From Narcine bancroftii (Eukaryota): a stretch of DNA of 64,000 bases. Positions 37,901 through 50,600 of this stretch are shown here, piece by piece. The position numbers were made by a program, and so were the translations under genes. The stretch is from NCBI RefSeq assembly GCF_036971445.1, contig NC_091470.1:71486001-71550000 (forward strand). The letters are read 5' to 3'. How positions within the stretch are numbered: position 1 is the stretch's first letter; each line of letters opens with the position of its first letter. The notes beneath the pieces are model-generated. The model was not told where the DNA came from. It did not search any database and saw only the letters and a list, made by a program, of their open reading frames with translations.

Positions 37901-40900
37901 GATGGACAATGGAAGCCTTGGCATTCTTCAGCTGCCACCTCCATGAGGCGGAGAAAAGATACAGCACCTTTGATAAAGAGCTCCTAGTCATATATTTGTC
38001 CATCCGTCACTTCCGTTACTTTTTGGAATGCAGACACTTCATCATGTTCTCAGACTATAAACCCTTAACCTTCGCGTTTCCAAAGGGGTCGGAGGCCTGG
38101 TCAGATCGACATAATGGCAGTTATCCTACATTTTGGAATTCTCTACCAGAATAATGCACATTTCTGGAAAAGACAATGTAGTAGCATTTTCCTGCTCAGT
38201 TGCGCTCAAAGCATCAGCTAGGGACCATGTATTAACTCGGCGGCACTCGTCACTGCCCAAGCACAAAACAGTAAGATGGAGTCGTATCACACCTTGATAA
38301 CCCACTACAATGGAAGGATGTGTAAATCGATGCCAATGACCAGCTGCTCTTTTGTGATGTGTCAACAGGACATCCACGGCCAGTGGTTCCAACTTCGTGG
38401 AGATGTTGCATTTTTGATTCTGTTCATGGCCTTTCTCATCCATCCATCAGATCGACCATTTGTTTGATTTCAGACAAATTTGTTTGGCATGGTCTGAAGA
38501 AAGATGTCACGCAAATGGCCAGACCTTGTGTAGCTTGTCAAAAAGTCAAAATCCATCGGGGGGGGGGGGGGGGGGGAGGTAAGAAGCTTATGTCAGCACC
38601 AGTGTTGACCAGGAAACACCTGCCTGACAAGGAGTCCCAGAAACCCACAGGGTGGCCAGCATCGATGGCCCTCTTCAACCCATCGCTGACAATAGTAGCA
38701 TAGCTATCCTGGGGTATTAACTTGCCTCTCCGCTAGTCTTGATCTCGCAGGTGGCTGTTTGTGGTGCTCGCTGATGTGGCCTACGACAGTGCTGGTGTCC
38801 TCCTTTGCTTTCCAGAGCTTGTCCGCCTGGACCGCACCCTCCAAGAGTTGCTGAAGTCCATGAGCATGGGTTGGATATCCTCGGGCAGCTGCTCCAGAAA
38901 GATCTGCTCAAAGAGCAGACAAGGTATATGGCATCTTGCTTATTAGGGTGGATGGGGGCCTGTTCCCCAATCCATCCAAATGTAGCAATCAAGCGGCACA
39001 CTCGCACCAGGAGAGCCCAAAAGTGAGGGTTAACAGCTCTTTGAGGGTCGCATATTTGCCTCACTCTGGAGGCTGCCGTAGGAAGTCTACAACCCATGCC
39101 ACTGTGTCCTGATCGAGGGCATTCACGACCTAGAAGGAGTGGGTATCGGTAGCAGCGATGTGTCGAAGCTGGAACTGAGCCTTAGCCTGCTCAACCATAT
39201 GTGGCTATGACACCCAAAACATTGGGAGCCTGAGTGAGACCGTGTGGTCGCAGGTTTCGCTTGATATGTCATCTTCAGGTCAAACTGCCAGTTGGACCTG
39301 TTGGGGTCACCAATGTAGCGGACATGCTACGCAAGCATGGAGAAGAATGACATGCACACCAAAGCCTTGGAAAAGAAGACTGGTTTATTGCTCTGGACAT
39401 CACACTCAAATGGGCCCCAGGCACTGACGCCAGGACCCCGTGTCATTGGATCGCCGGCCTGGGATTGGCTGGCATTCCCGCCAGAGTTCCCCATCTTCCC
39501 ACTGTGTGGGAGGTCACCTGGGATGACGGCCGGTGTCATCTCCAGCTCTGCACGGTCGCCACATTCGTCGTCTATTTTGTGGGCCAGTCTGTGTCTCTGT
39601 CCGTGGGCCATTACACGCCAACTGTTTCCAATGCATTAATATTCTTCCTTCAGTAAGGATTTCCAAATGTCATTTTATCAGTATCATTATAGCTTTAAAA
39701 CCTTAATCGTATTCAGTTCTATTAGCAAAATATTAGTCTAGTGTAAATTAGATGCTAGGACGCCTAATCCATTATATTTTAGTACTTTGCAGACTCTCAT
39801 CATACAGTCATGCACCACATAACGTTTGTTCAGGCAACGTCCAACTGCATATATGTCTGTGATCCCATAAGGTTATAACAGAGTTCAGAAATCCCGATCG
39901 GAGAATGGTACGTAGCAGACATTATTTTAATGTGAACTTTCCCTACTTACAAATAAAAAGTTTATAGTATTAATCTACTTAACCCATATATTAAATTTGC
40001 CAGAAACAGTACATTAGCTGAAATACAGCTGTATATGTTCAGTATCTTGGCTAACTAGTTAGTACAGGTACACTACAGCATCCTATATAGCTTTGCTAAG
40101 TATATAATTTGCACAGCGTCCAAATCACATTACATCCTATTTCACAGAACGTATGATTGCACTTCTTTTACTTTTTCTCCCTGCCATAATGGAAGATGAC
40201 ACATTTTCTTTCAAATTCAATTTGCCAGATTTCTGTCCACTGACATAACTCATCAATAACTGCCTTTAGTTTCTTTATTCAGTCACATTAATTGTGCTAA
40301 GTTGAGCCCCCAGCATTGATCACTGTGCTGCCACCATTTGCTACAATTCCATTTATACACAATTCTCAAATCTCCATTATCTTGCAAATCTCACTGGATT
40401 GTATGAATAGCAATATTCACTGTTATGGATCACCAATACAAGATGGTTTTGGATTAAATACTGGAATACCCCTGGTAGATCAGAAGTGTGTGTTTCATTA
40501 TAACTAATTAAAGACCTAAAGTTCCTAAATCAAAATAAGCCATGATCATACTGCAAAATGAATGGGCCTCAGTTATATGCACAGATCTTTAATGGTGGGA
40601 AGTCAATTTGGCAAAAATGGTATTAACTTTACAAGTAGATGTAAGATGACCTTTGTAATTCATTGGTAAATTGCAGTAATTTCTCAAAAACTGGGCACAC
40701 TTCAGGAAGAATATCAAGAGATACTGCACCTTCCCTAAGCCTTTACTGGAATGGAACTGTAATGAAGAACTTATGTTTCCTGGAAAGAGAAGGGGGGGGG
40801 GGGGTGAGATTTTATTTCCTTTTAAACACATACAAATTCTTTACTTGAAAAATCATGGGTGTAGATTCACTCATAATCTTGTAAACAAAAATTGGAACTA

Positions 40901-43900
40901 CTTGAAGGAGAAGAAATATTCCAATGGATTTCCAGAAGATTGGAAAACTGGTCTTAAACACTCCTTCAAAGAATTGACACAAGCATTATGGGATGAATAG
41001 TTTCCAATTCTGCATTGTTCTCGGATATTCTACAATTGCAATTCATTTCTTGATTGATGAGTACATAACAGAATAGGATTTTTAAAAAACTTCTATTAAG
41101 TGGTTTCTCATTCTAATTGTTCAATTTCAGAAAGTGGCATAAATAAAATCGCTCAGAAATAAATGATAACAACAAGAAGAAATAATGCTAACATTCCTAC
41201 CTGTGCAAAATAATCAGCGTATGTCACAGAAGCACTGTCAGTCGGTGAAGCAGGAGAATCACCAGAGTTCAGCTGCAAGTTGCGATTGTCATTACAAACT
41301 TTAGATACAGTTCCTGCACAGATTACTTCATTTTCTTTATTTGCCATATCACAGTTCCAAAAGCTTGAATGCTGCTTTTTGTTTCCCACGTTTCTTTGGA
41401 CTCGATGTCTAGCTTTCTTTTTAGAGCACACTGCTTTAGCTGTTTTCAGCAAGGTTTTCTCTGTCTTTTCAGTGGATGATCTGTGAAGACAAACCAACAG
41501 CTTTCAAGATGACATCAGTTGCCAAATTCTATACAAGGACATTCATACAAAAAAGTGTTTCTATTATGGGTCTTCTCTATTTAGAACTACAAAAGGAAAA
41601 TAATCACTGGCTGAACTGAATTAGAGCAGAAGTGGTGAACCTTGAGGCTGAATGACATTAGTCATGGGAAGAAGCACTTCAGGTGTACTGGAATTTCTCT
41701 TTATGATATTTGGAAATGGGTCAATTCAAAGCATTAAACTTCTCATTCATTTTGGAATCAGATAATCATGTAAAATATTCAGTAGCAATAAGGTTTGAGG
41801 TCATTTGCTGGGGAGCTGTAAGGACAATCTTGTTACAAATTTGTTATTTAAATATTTAGAATGTGATCTTCATGTTTCTCTCTACAATTATCAGTATAAT
41901 GGAGACCTAGTAAAAGTAGTCATTAATTTTTTTTATCTTAGGAGAAAAGCAAGTGAAAGAGAAATGAAATGGGATGCTTTGGATTTCAATTAAAAGCAGA
42001 AAGTGCAGGAAAAACATGTGCATCATCTGAGAAAAGAGAAATAGTTAACATTTTGTGTCTGTGACCCTTTGTCCATATCTCATCATTGGAGCAAATATGG
42101 CAGAGATGGAGGAACTGACAGAATGAAGTGGAAATCCTTACCAGAGGCAGAGAGGAAGTGAGCATAAACAAAGTACTGAGTGTCTATGGATATTGGTAGC
42201 TTGTCTATTCACAGAGATGGACAGGCCCAGAAAAGGAGATTCAGAAGATGGTCAATGTGAAGATGAGAACTGGGTGAAAATTAGCCGTAAAAGTGATGCA
42301 TTAAGTTCTGTATTAGTGCAAGAAACAGCATCAATTCAGTCAAAGTACTGAGGAAAGAGTTCAGGGATATTTGAATACTCTCTTTTTTCTCTTTGGCTTG
42401 GCTTCGCGGACGAAGATTTATGGAGGGGGTAAATCAAGAAATATTAAGACTGACATAAATGCGGTTCCACGTGTCCCACACAGGCAGGCATAGCTTGAAT
42501 CTATGTAAGTGCCCATGACTACTTTGTTTTGAAAAAAATAAGCTGAATTAAAGATAAGTTGTTTAATGTGAGGAAAGTTCAACCAGGGAAATGATTATGT
42601 TGGTGGGTAACTTCAGAGCCTCTGTTCAAAGAAGAAGCAAAAAGCCCTCATATCTACTGGATGTGGAATAGAGGTACAGAGTGATTGTACATCCATGATC
42701 CTTTTAGGAGCAGGGAATTGGAAACTGTTGGTGGAGGGCATCCGAAGAGTCTCAGATATACAATGAAAAGGGACTGGACTAGGAAAGAATGGCCTTAAGG
42801 TCGGAAGAAATAAAGTTTGGTGAGGCAAGAGGAGGCTGAAACAACGTGACTGCTTGGAACAACCTTCTTGTATATCTTGGGATGAAGGCACTGTGGGGGT
42901 GAGGCACTACAAGATTGGAAGCTGTGAGTGAATTTGTCCTGATGAATCAAGGGCTCTGACTGTGTGTTCAATTCCTTCAAGTGGTAAATAACACCCTGAT
43001 ATTCACAGGTAGTGTCTTGTTCCAGTGGAAGATATGAGGTGTATGAGAGATGACATTTGGCCTCTGCTATAATAGTACTACCATTGTCAAATTTGATTCT
43101 TAGTAAGCAGGTAGCTTAATATTCAAGGCAGGTGTCATCAAATGCATGAATTGCATTTAAAGATGAATTTCCTTACCTATTAACTTCAGCAGTCGCCTCT
43201 TTACATTCCGAAAGTTTAACCTGGTATAAATGAGCAAATGCATAATGAGTTTAAAAAGTTGAGAAAATAGCTTCCTTTGTTATGTTTTTGTATCTGTATT
43301 TTTATATTTATTATAATCATGCTAAAAATAAAGAACATACATGAAATATTGAATAAATAATTTTGCAAATATCTGAGATGCATTGTATGCTTCTTATAGT
43401 TTTCAGTCTCAGAATCACAATTTATTGTCATGAACAAGTCATGAAATTTGGTGTTTTGTGGCAGCATTAAAGTGCAAACATTCATATACATCACCTTACA
43501 ACAATAAAGTTTTAAAAATATAGTGTACAAAAACTGTCTTTGGTTCATTGATTATTCCGAAATCAGATGGCAGTGGGGAAGAAGCAGTCCTTGTGCTGTT
43601 GAGTACTCATCTTTAGGCTTCTGTACCTTTTTTCCAATGGTAGCATGGCCTAGGTGGTGGGGGTCTTTGAGGATAGAGGCTGCTTTTTTAAGACACTGCT
43701 TCTTGTAGATGTTCTCGATGGAGTGAAATCTGGTGTCTGTGATGTCGCAGACCAAGTTAACAAAACTCTGGAGTATTTTCTTGTCCTGAGAATTTACAAG
43801 TCTTTGGTGTAACATCTCACAAAATATAGCCACTGCCAAGCCTTCTTTGTGACTGCATCAACATGGAGGCTCCAGGATAGATCCTCAGAGTTGTTGACAC

Positions 43901-46900
43901 CAGGAATTTGAAGTTCCTGACCTTCTCTACTACTGAACTCGATGAGGACTGGGTCATGTTCCCTTGACTTCCTCCTGAAGTCCACAATCATCTCCATGGT
44001 TTTGCTGATGTTGAGCACAAGGTTGTTGGCATGACACCACTCAACGAGCTGATCTATTTCCCTCCTGTACGCTTCCTCATTGCAGTTTGTGATTCTGCCA
44101 ACAACTGTGGTGTCATTGGCAAATTTGTAGATAGCACTGGAATTGTGCCCGGCCACACAATCATGGGTGTATAATGAGTTGTGGCCTGTGTTGATAATCA
44201 GTGAGGAGGAGACGTTGTTTCCAATTTGTAGAGTCTGTGGTCTTCCGATGAGAAAGTTGAGGATCCAGTTGCGGGGGGGGGGGGGGGGGGGGTGGGGGGG
44301 GTGCAGAGGCCCAAAGCTTGTAGTTTCTCGACCAGCACTGAGGGAATGATGTTGAAGGCTCAGCTGTAGTTAACCATATAACCATTTACAGAGCGGAAAC
44401 AGGCCACGTCGGCCAATATTGTGTCTGCTGTGGAGCGATTGTGGACCCGAATGACCGGCACATTATAAAGAGAATTACATTTACCAGTACTACCACAAAC
44501 TTTAATTTCACTGTTTTATCATTTTGATAGTCCTCCAGAGTGAACTGTAATGACTAATGAAAATACCAATTTTGAGTTTGAGTTTCTAATTTCAACTGTT
44601 AATTATCATTTATAACTGTAAATAAAGTTGCAGATTTTTTTGTGGGGGGGGGGTTTGCTATTATGCAAAATGTAATCATTGAAAAAGCTGAGCTATGCAC
44701 CCTCACAGCAACTGGCACACTCGAGTAATGGACGCTCAAAGGTGGCTGGGCAGGATGGTAAGTAGTGAATACCTTGTTTTTAAAATGTGTCAGTAAAAAT
44801 AAGGCTGAAATATTCAGATACTTTCCAAGAATGGCCACCTTATCAAGGACACTGGAAATCTTATTTGAATGTTAAGAATGAAATATTATGCATCACAACA
44901 TCCTGCCTAGTTTATTTCAAATTGTAGGTATCTTGATGAAGAGACATTTCCATTTCCTTTTTAAAATAAAAAAAAACTGTACATTCAATGCCCCTGCTCT
45001 TTAAGTGGTGTTTCCAGTTAAAAAATATTGATAAACATGACAATTACACAGAAGACCTACATAATGGACCTACAGTAGTTCCTCTTATCCGCGGGGGATA
45101 TGTTCCAAGACTCCCCCCCCCCAACCCCATGGATGAGTGAATCTGCAGATAGTACCGAACCCTTTACAGGGTATGTGTGCTGCTTAACATCCACAATATG
45201 TTCTATGAAATCAGGCATTATGCAATGTGGTCATTGTGTGGAACACCATATTATATATTTAGCAAAGCTATATGGGATACTGTAGTGTACCTGAAAACGT
45301 TTTATTTTTAAGTATGGATCAGTGTGGGGAGAGAGCGAGGCAGTGGGATCAGTGTGGGGACCGACACGGGGATGTGGGGAGAGAGCAGAGGAGTCAGATC
45401 AGTTTTGGACCACGGGTAACTGAAACCGTGGAAAGCAAAACAGCGGATGGGGGGGGATCTACTGTTTTACGAAATGCAGTGACCACATATTTCATTGAAT
45501 TTTATCTGAACATGTTATTTGTTACATATGCATGTTTCACTAATTATAAGGAAATACATGCTTAATTTAGCTTTAGTTTTTTTTTTAAAAAGGAGTTATC
45601 ATGAACTTATCCACGTGAGATAATGTTATGAATAGGAAATAATTAGTTGATGGCGATATGGAAAATTTCAAGTTTTTTTTTGCTATAAGTCCATCAAATT
45701 TGAAGTAAATGAATCTCCTACATTCATTTCAGAAAATCCCATAATTGGTTAAATTCTGTTTTGTACTCAGTGGACAAAACGTGCAAATTTAGTATCCTAT
45801 CACATCCCAATGTCCTAAACTATTTTACATTTAATTATCTTGAAGAGTTAACTTTTTAAATTTGGAAGCAACTATGAAAACTGTACACATAGCAAGCCTA
45901 CACAAATGTATGCAACCATTCATTTGTTTCATTATATTGTTTATAAATGGGGGTGAGGCGCACAGAGGCACTACAGGACTACTTTCAGACCATGGACTGG
46001 AGCTGGGAGGCAGCCACCAAAAAATTATCATTCGAACATCAAGGAGTACATGAGCTCAGTTACTGGTTACATCAGAAAGTGTATTAAGGATGTCACCAAG
46101 ATTAAATGCTTCACAACCAAGGCTAACCAGAATCCATGGTTGGATGTAGAGGTCTGGGCACTTCCCAGAGCTCATGATGCTGCCTTCAGAACAGGGACTA
46201 AGATAGCACTAAGACAAGCCAATGCTGAATTCTCCCATGCAATCCGGAAGGCAAAGCATGGGTATCCATAGAAAATCCATAGACAGCTGGGTGAAACAAG
46301 GTGCACGAGGCAAGGGGTCAAAACTGTAACAGTTCACAAGTCAAACAAAACGATAACTCTCTTCTGGACAGATTGAATGAATGGTTCAGTGAGAAGAACA
46401 GGCTGAGGCCAAAGAAAGTTCAATGTCTTCCTGATGAAATGGGCGGACTCCTTACATAACTGGGGTTGAATTGAGGAGAACCCAATCCAAGGTGAATCCA
46501 CATAAGGCAGCTGGACCACACAACACACCTGGTCTGGTACTGAAGGACTGCACTGACGGAGGTCCTTACAGTCATCTTCAACATGTCACTGCAGCAATCC
46601 CTCATCCCCATGGGTTTCAAGATAGCCAACATCATCCCAGTACCAAAGTGAGGGATAGTATAGGTCTCAATAACTACCACCCCATGACAATGACCTCCAC
46701 CATTAATGAAATGCTTCAAGTGTCTGGTGATGGAATACATCAAAGTGCACCTCCCAAACACTGGACCCATTTCAATTCACCTACAGATGGAACCATTCCG
46801 CTGATGATAGTCTTGTCCAGCCATTCTGTCCTGACCCACCTGAAAAACTATGCCTCAAATGCCAAGCTGCTGTTCATCAAACTCAGCTCAGTGTTTAATA

Positions 46901-47585
46901 CTATCATTCTCCAGAGGCTGTTGGATACACTGTTCATTGGGACTCAACACCCCTCTTTGTAACTGGATTCTGGATTTCCTAACAGAAAGACCACAGCCTG
47001 TTGTTACAAGCCCAAAGGACCCCAAAACCCAGCAGCAATAGACATTCACCAAGACAAGTGGCTTTTAAAACAAAAGTTTTTTTAATCAACTTTAAACATG
47101 AAAATAGAATCAAACTTTAACTTAATTCTATACTTAACTAACCCAAATTAACCCCCTTCTAATTCTAAGTGCACGTGTATGTAATGTGTGTGTAAATTTA
47201 AGAAAAGTTCTTTGGTTCACAGTTCAATCTCACTTCTTCTTCCAAGTTCTCTGGATGCAGGCAATTCTTATACTGTGCACAGAATTTAACATGTATAAAG
47301 TTCACCAAGCTTTGGTGCTTAAAAGGTAAATGTTCTTGTAGGGTTTGCAGAGAGAGATTTGTTGTTCCAGGATTTCCACAACTGAGGTACTACCATTAGT
47401 CACCTTAATGTCTCGCTGATTAAACTTGCCCCATCATGGTTTTCCAGATGGTAACCTTTTTCTTTCAGGTTACAACAGAGCTCCTTCTGTTCCTCTTATT
47501 CCAAGAGAAACATCAGACAGATAGCACTTCCAGCCATCCACTGCTTTTCATTAGTTTCAACTAGCTCTTCCTGGCCTGCACTGTG

Positions 47586-47663
<78 letters not shown>

Positions 47664-50600
47664 GCTGAGAGGGCTTCTCTTCTCTCTCTCCAACTAACTG
47701 AGACTGCCAGAAAGCCCTATGTGACTCACTTTCAAAACCCCCACCTTCTTCAGCAAACAACAGGAGTTCTTTCTTCTGCTCAACCTGTTGTTAGATAAGC
47801 AAAACCCAGGAGTGACCTTCCTGTAATCACCCTGCAGAAAGGTACTTGCAGCTATCCTGGCTCCAGTTCCAAACAATGGTCATTCATTTCATGACGCCAG
47901 TTCAATTAACACCTACTTGTGAAAGGTGCTTATTCTTCAGAGATCTTCAGTATTTCTTCAGTCTTTCAAATAAGATCTGTTTTAAAATGTGTGTATGTAT
48001 GTAACCTACTCTAAATCTTACCAGATTCTCCCAAAATATTTACCCATTACACTGTCCAGGTCGGTAGTAGAATATTGAGCACCATCACACTGAGCATTGA
48101 GACACCTCAGGGCTTTGTGCTAGCCCTTCCTGTTCACGCTACCTACCCACAACTGCAACAACAGATCCAGCTCCAACAGAGGCATAAAGTTTACAGATGA
48201 CACAACAGTAGTTGGCCTCATCAGGAACAATGATGAGTCATATTACAGAGAAGAGGATGAAAAGCTTGTGTTACAGTGTGAGAAAAACTTGAGTCTCAAT
48301 GTGGACAAGACAAAGCAAATAATTGTGAACTTCAGGAGGACTGGGGATGACCACTCCCTACTACACATCAATAAATCTATAGTTGAGACCACCAAGTTCC
48401 TTGGAGTCCACTTAAGTGACCTATTCTGGACATACAATAACATCTCCTCACTTGTTAGGAAGGCACAACAGCAATTGTACTTGCTGAGAAGACTGAGATG
48501 GACAAAGCTACCAGTCACCATCCAGTCAACATTTACAGGATCTCTATCAAAAGCATCCTGACTGGCTGTAATACTGTGTGGTATGGCTGCTGTAGAGTAT
48601 TGGATCAGGTCAATCCACAGGACCATAAGAGTGGCAGAGAGAATCACTGGGGTCCCCCTCCCCTCCATCGATGTGATCTACCGGGATCGTTGTCGGATGA
48701 GGGCTCACAAAATCATTAAGGACCCCTACCACTTGCACAAAGCATCTTCCAGTTACTCTCATTGGGAAAGAGAGTAAGTAGTATCAGGCTGAGAAACAGC
48801 TTCTTCTCACCAGCAGTGAGACTGCTGAATGACTGAAACTCTACTATTTATTTAATCTCTATCTAAATAATACATTCATTTCAGATTCAATACATTTTTC
48901 TTAGTTCAAAGATTGTCCTTTTCTTTCAACTTTGTTAAAAAATCTTTACAAAATAACTAGATTTAATCAACGTGTTTGAAAACAAATTTGTACTTAGATT
49001 TTAAAGTTTCTTAGATAGACGATTCATGTTACTGTATTAGCTATACAATACCTATCTTATAAACTCCATCCAGCAGTTTGTGGACTATCAAAACACACTG
49101 TTTATATTTAATTTTTTAAAAATCTGATGGATCATCCATCACTGATTTTGATGAAAGACATACTAGTAAATTCATGTAAGAAAATCGGATGAAGTGCCTT
49201 TTCTGGGACTCGAGAACAGAGAAATAGATAAAAAGATAAGACAGACAATAGGTCAGTCAACTTAGCCTGAATAAGCCTTGCTTACAGCATTTATAGTGCA
49301 TCAAGATCAGAATCACTCCGAATATATTATATATGAAATATTTCTGTTATTTTCTGATTTGCAGTAACATTTTTGTACTTTGTTAAAAGTGAAGTTGTAA
49401 TTCTACCCTTTAGCCTAACTTAAACAAGGTAAAGGCTGACAATCTATTAGCGTCTTTAGTTATTTTTGTATCTGTCTCACACCTTTTAATGATTTCTGTG
49501 ATGAACTGGTAAATTTCTCAGATCCTTTTAATTTCTAGCTTCTTACAATTTAGACAACCTAATTCAAGTTATCTAGCTCATATGACCTTAGACTTGGATG
49601 AAACTCCACCAGTCATTTTTTTTAAAACCATTAATCTATCAATGGTTCTTTGCAATTGCCTTTTGATTTCTACATTACTTGCTCTATGACCCAACAACTT
49701 GACTTTTAGTTCCATCATCCATATCACTAATAAATTAGTAAAAAAGGAAGCCCCTATACAGACCACTACAGGCCAATATTAATCAGTCACTAGATGGTAG
49801 AAATTCTAATTATATTTCTATACATTACCTCAGAAATAACTCCTAATCCATGTCAAAAAGTCATCTGAAATGTACCATTTGCACAAATGGAAGCTTCCGA
49901 ATGAATGCCTTTAGCTTGAGAATTCACATCCATATATATCTCTCTTATAAACCACAACATTAGCACCTTCAAAATATTCAACTTGATTTATTGTGTATGA
50001 CTTATCCTTTAAATCAAACTTTAAATATGCTCAGTATTGATTAGTCAAATTAATTTTGACATTTAGCTCCTAGTTAGATTCAGGCAACTGCTTATAAATC
50101 CGAAGTCTATATTATGTGTTCTCTTTAATACCCTTCTTAAACAGTGCTTGTATTTGACAACTTTTTATCCTAGAGAACAAACCTTAAATCAAAAGTCTCT
50201 TCAAGATCATAAACTAAAAAGAACAAAGACCAGTCCAGTCCAGCACAGGAATAAGCTCCTCAACTCATAATCCACACTGACCTTGATGCCCAAGTGAAAC
50301 TAAAATTCTGCAGTTTACACATGATATATAGCCCTCGTTTCCTTGCATATTTAACTAGATGCCTTTTAAAAGATACTACCCCTTGGCAGCCCATTCCAGA
50401 CCTACTGCTGTGTAAAGAACATCACATCTTCATCCTCTCACCTTAAACCCTCACTCTTATCATTTTCCCTGTCTACTAATTCACTTGTTCAGTATCTTAT
50501 TTGAAGACTATTATCCGTTTTTTTTTTCTTTTCTAGCACATCCAAATTAGTTATCTTCAACCAGAGGTTCTCAACCTATTTTCCACTCACATAACACTCT

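Larger units (their letters stand above)
46020..48840 (+). mobile_element. Decayed Rex1/Babar LINE split by a solo LTR
   Basis: [24 protein letters not shown]|[20 protein letters not shown] and [12 protein letters not shown] peptides. Confidence 0.85.

Noticed and set aside
47557-47798. ORFs with HTHT / VCVC repeats
   Set aside because: They are translations of the (CA)38 microsatellite.
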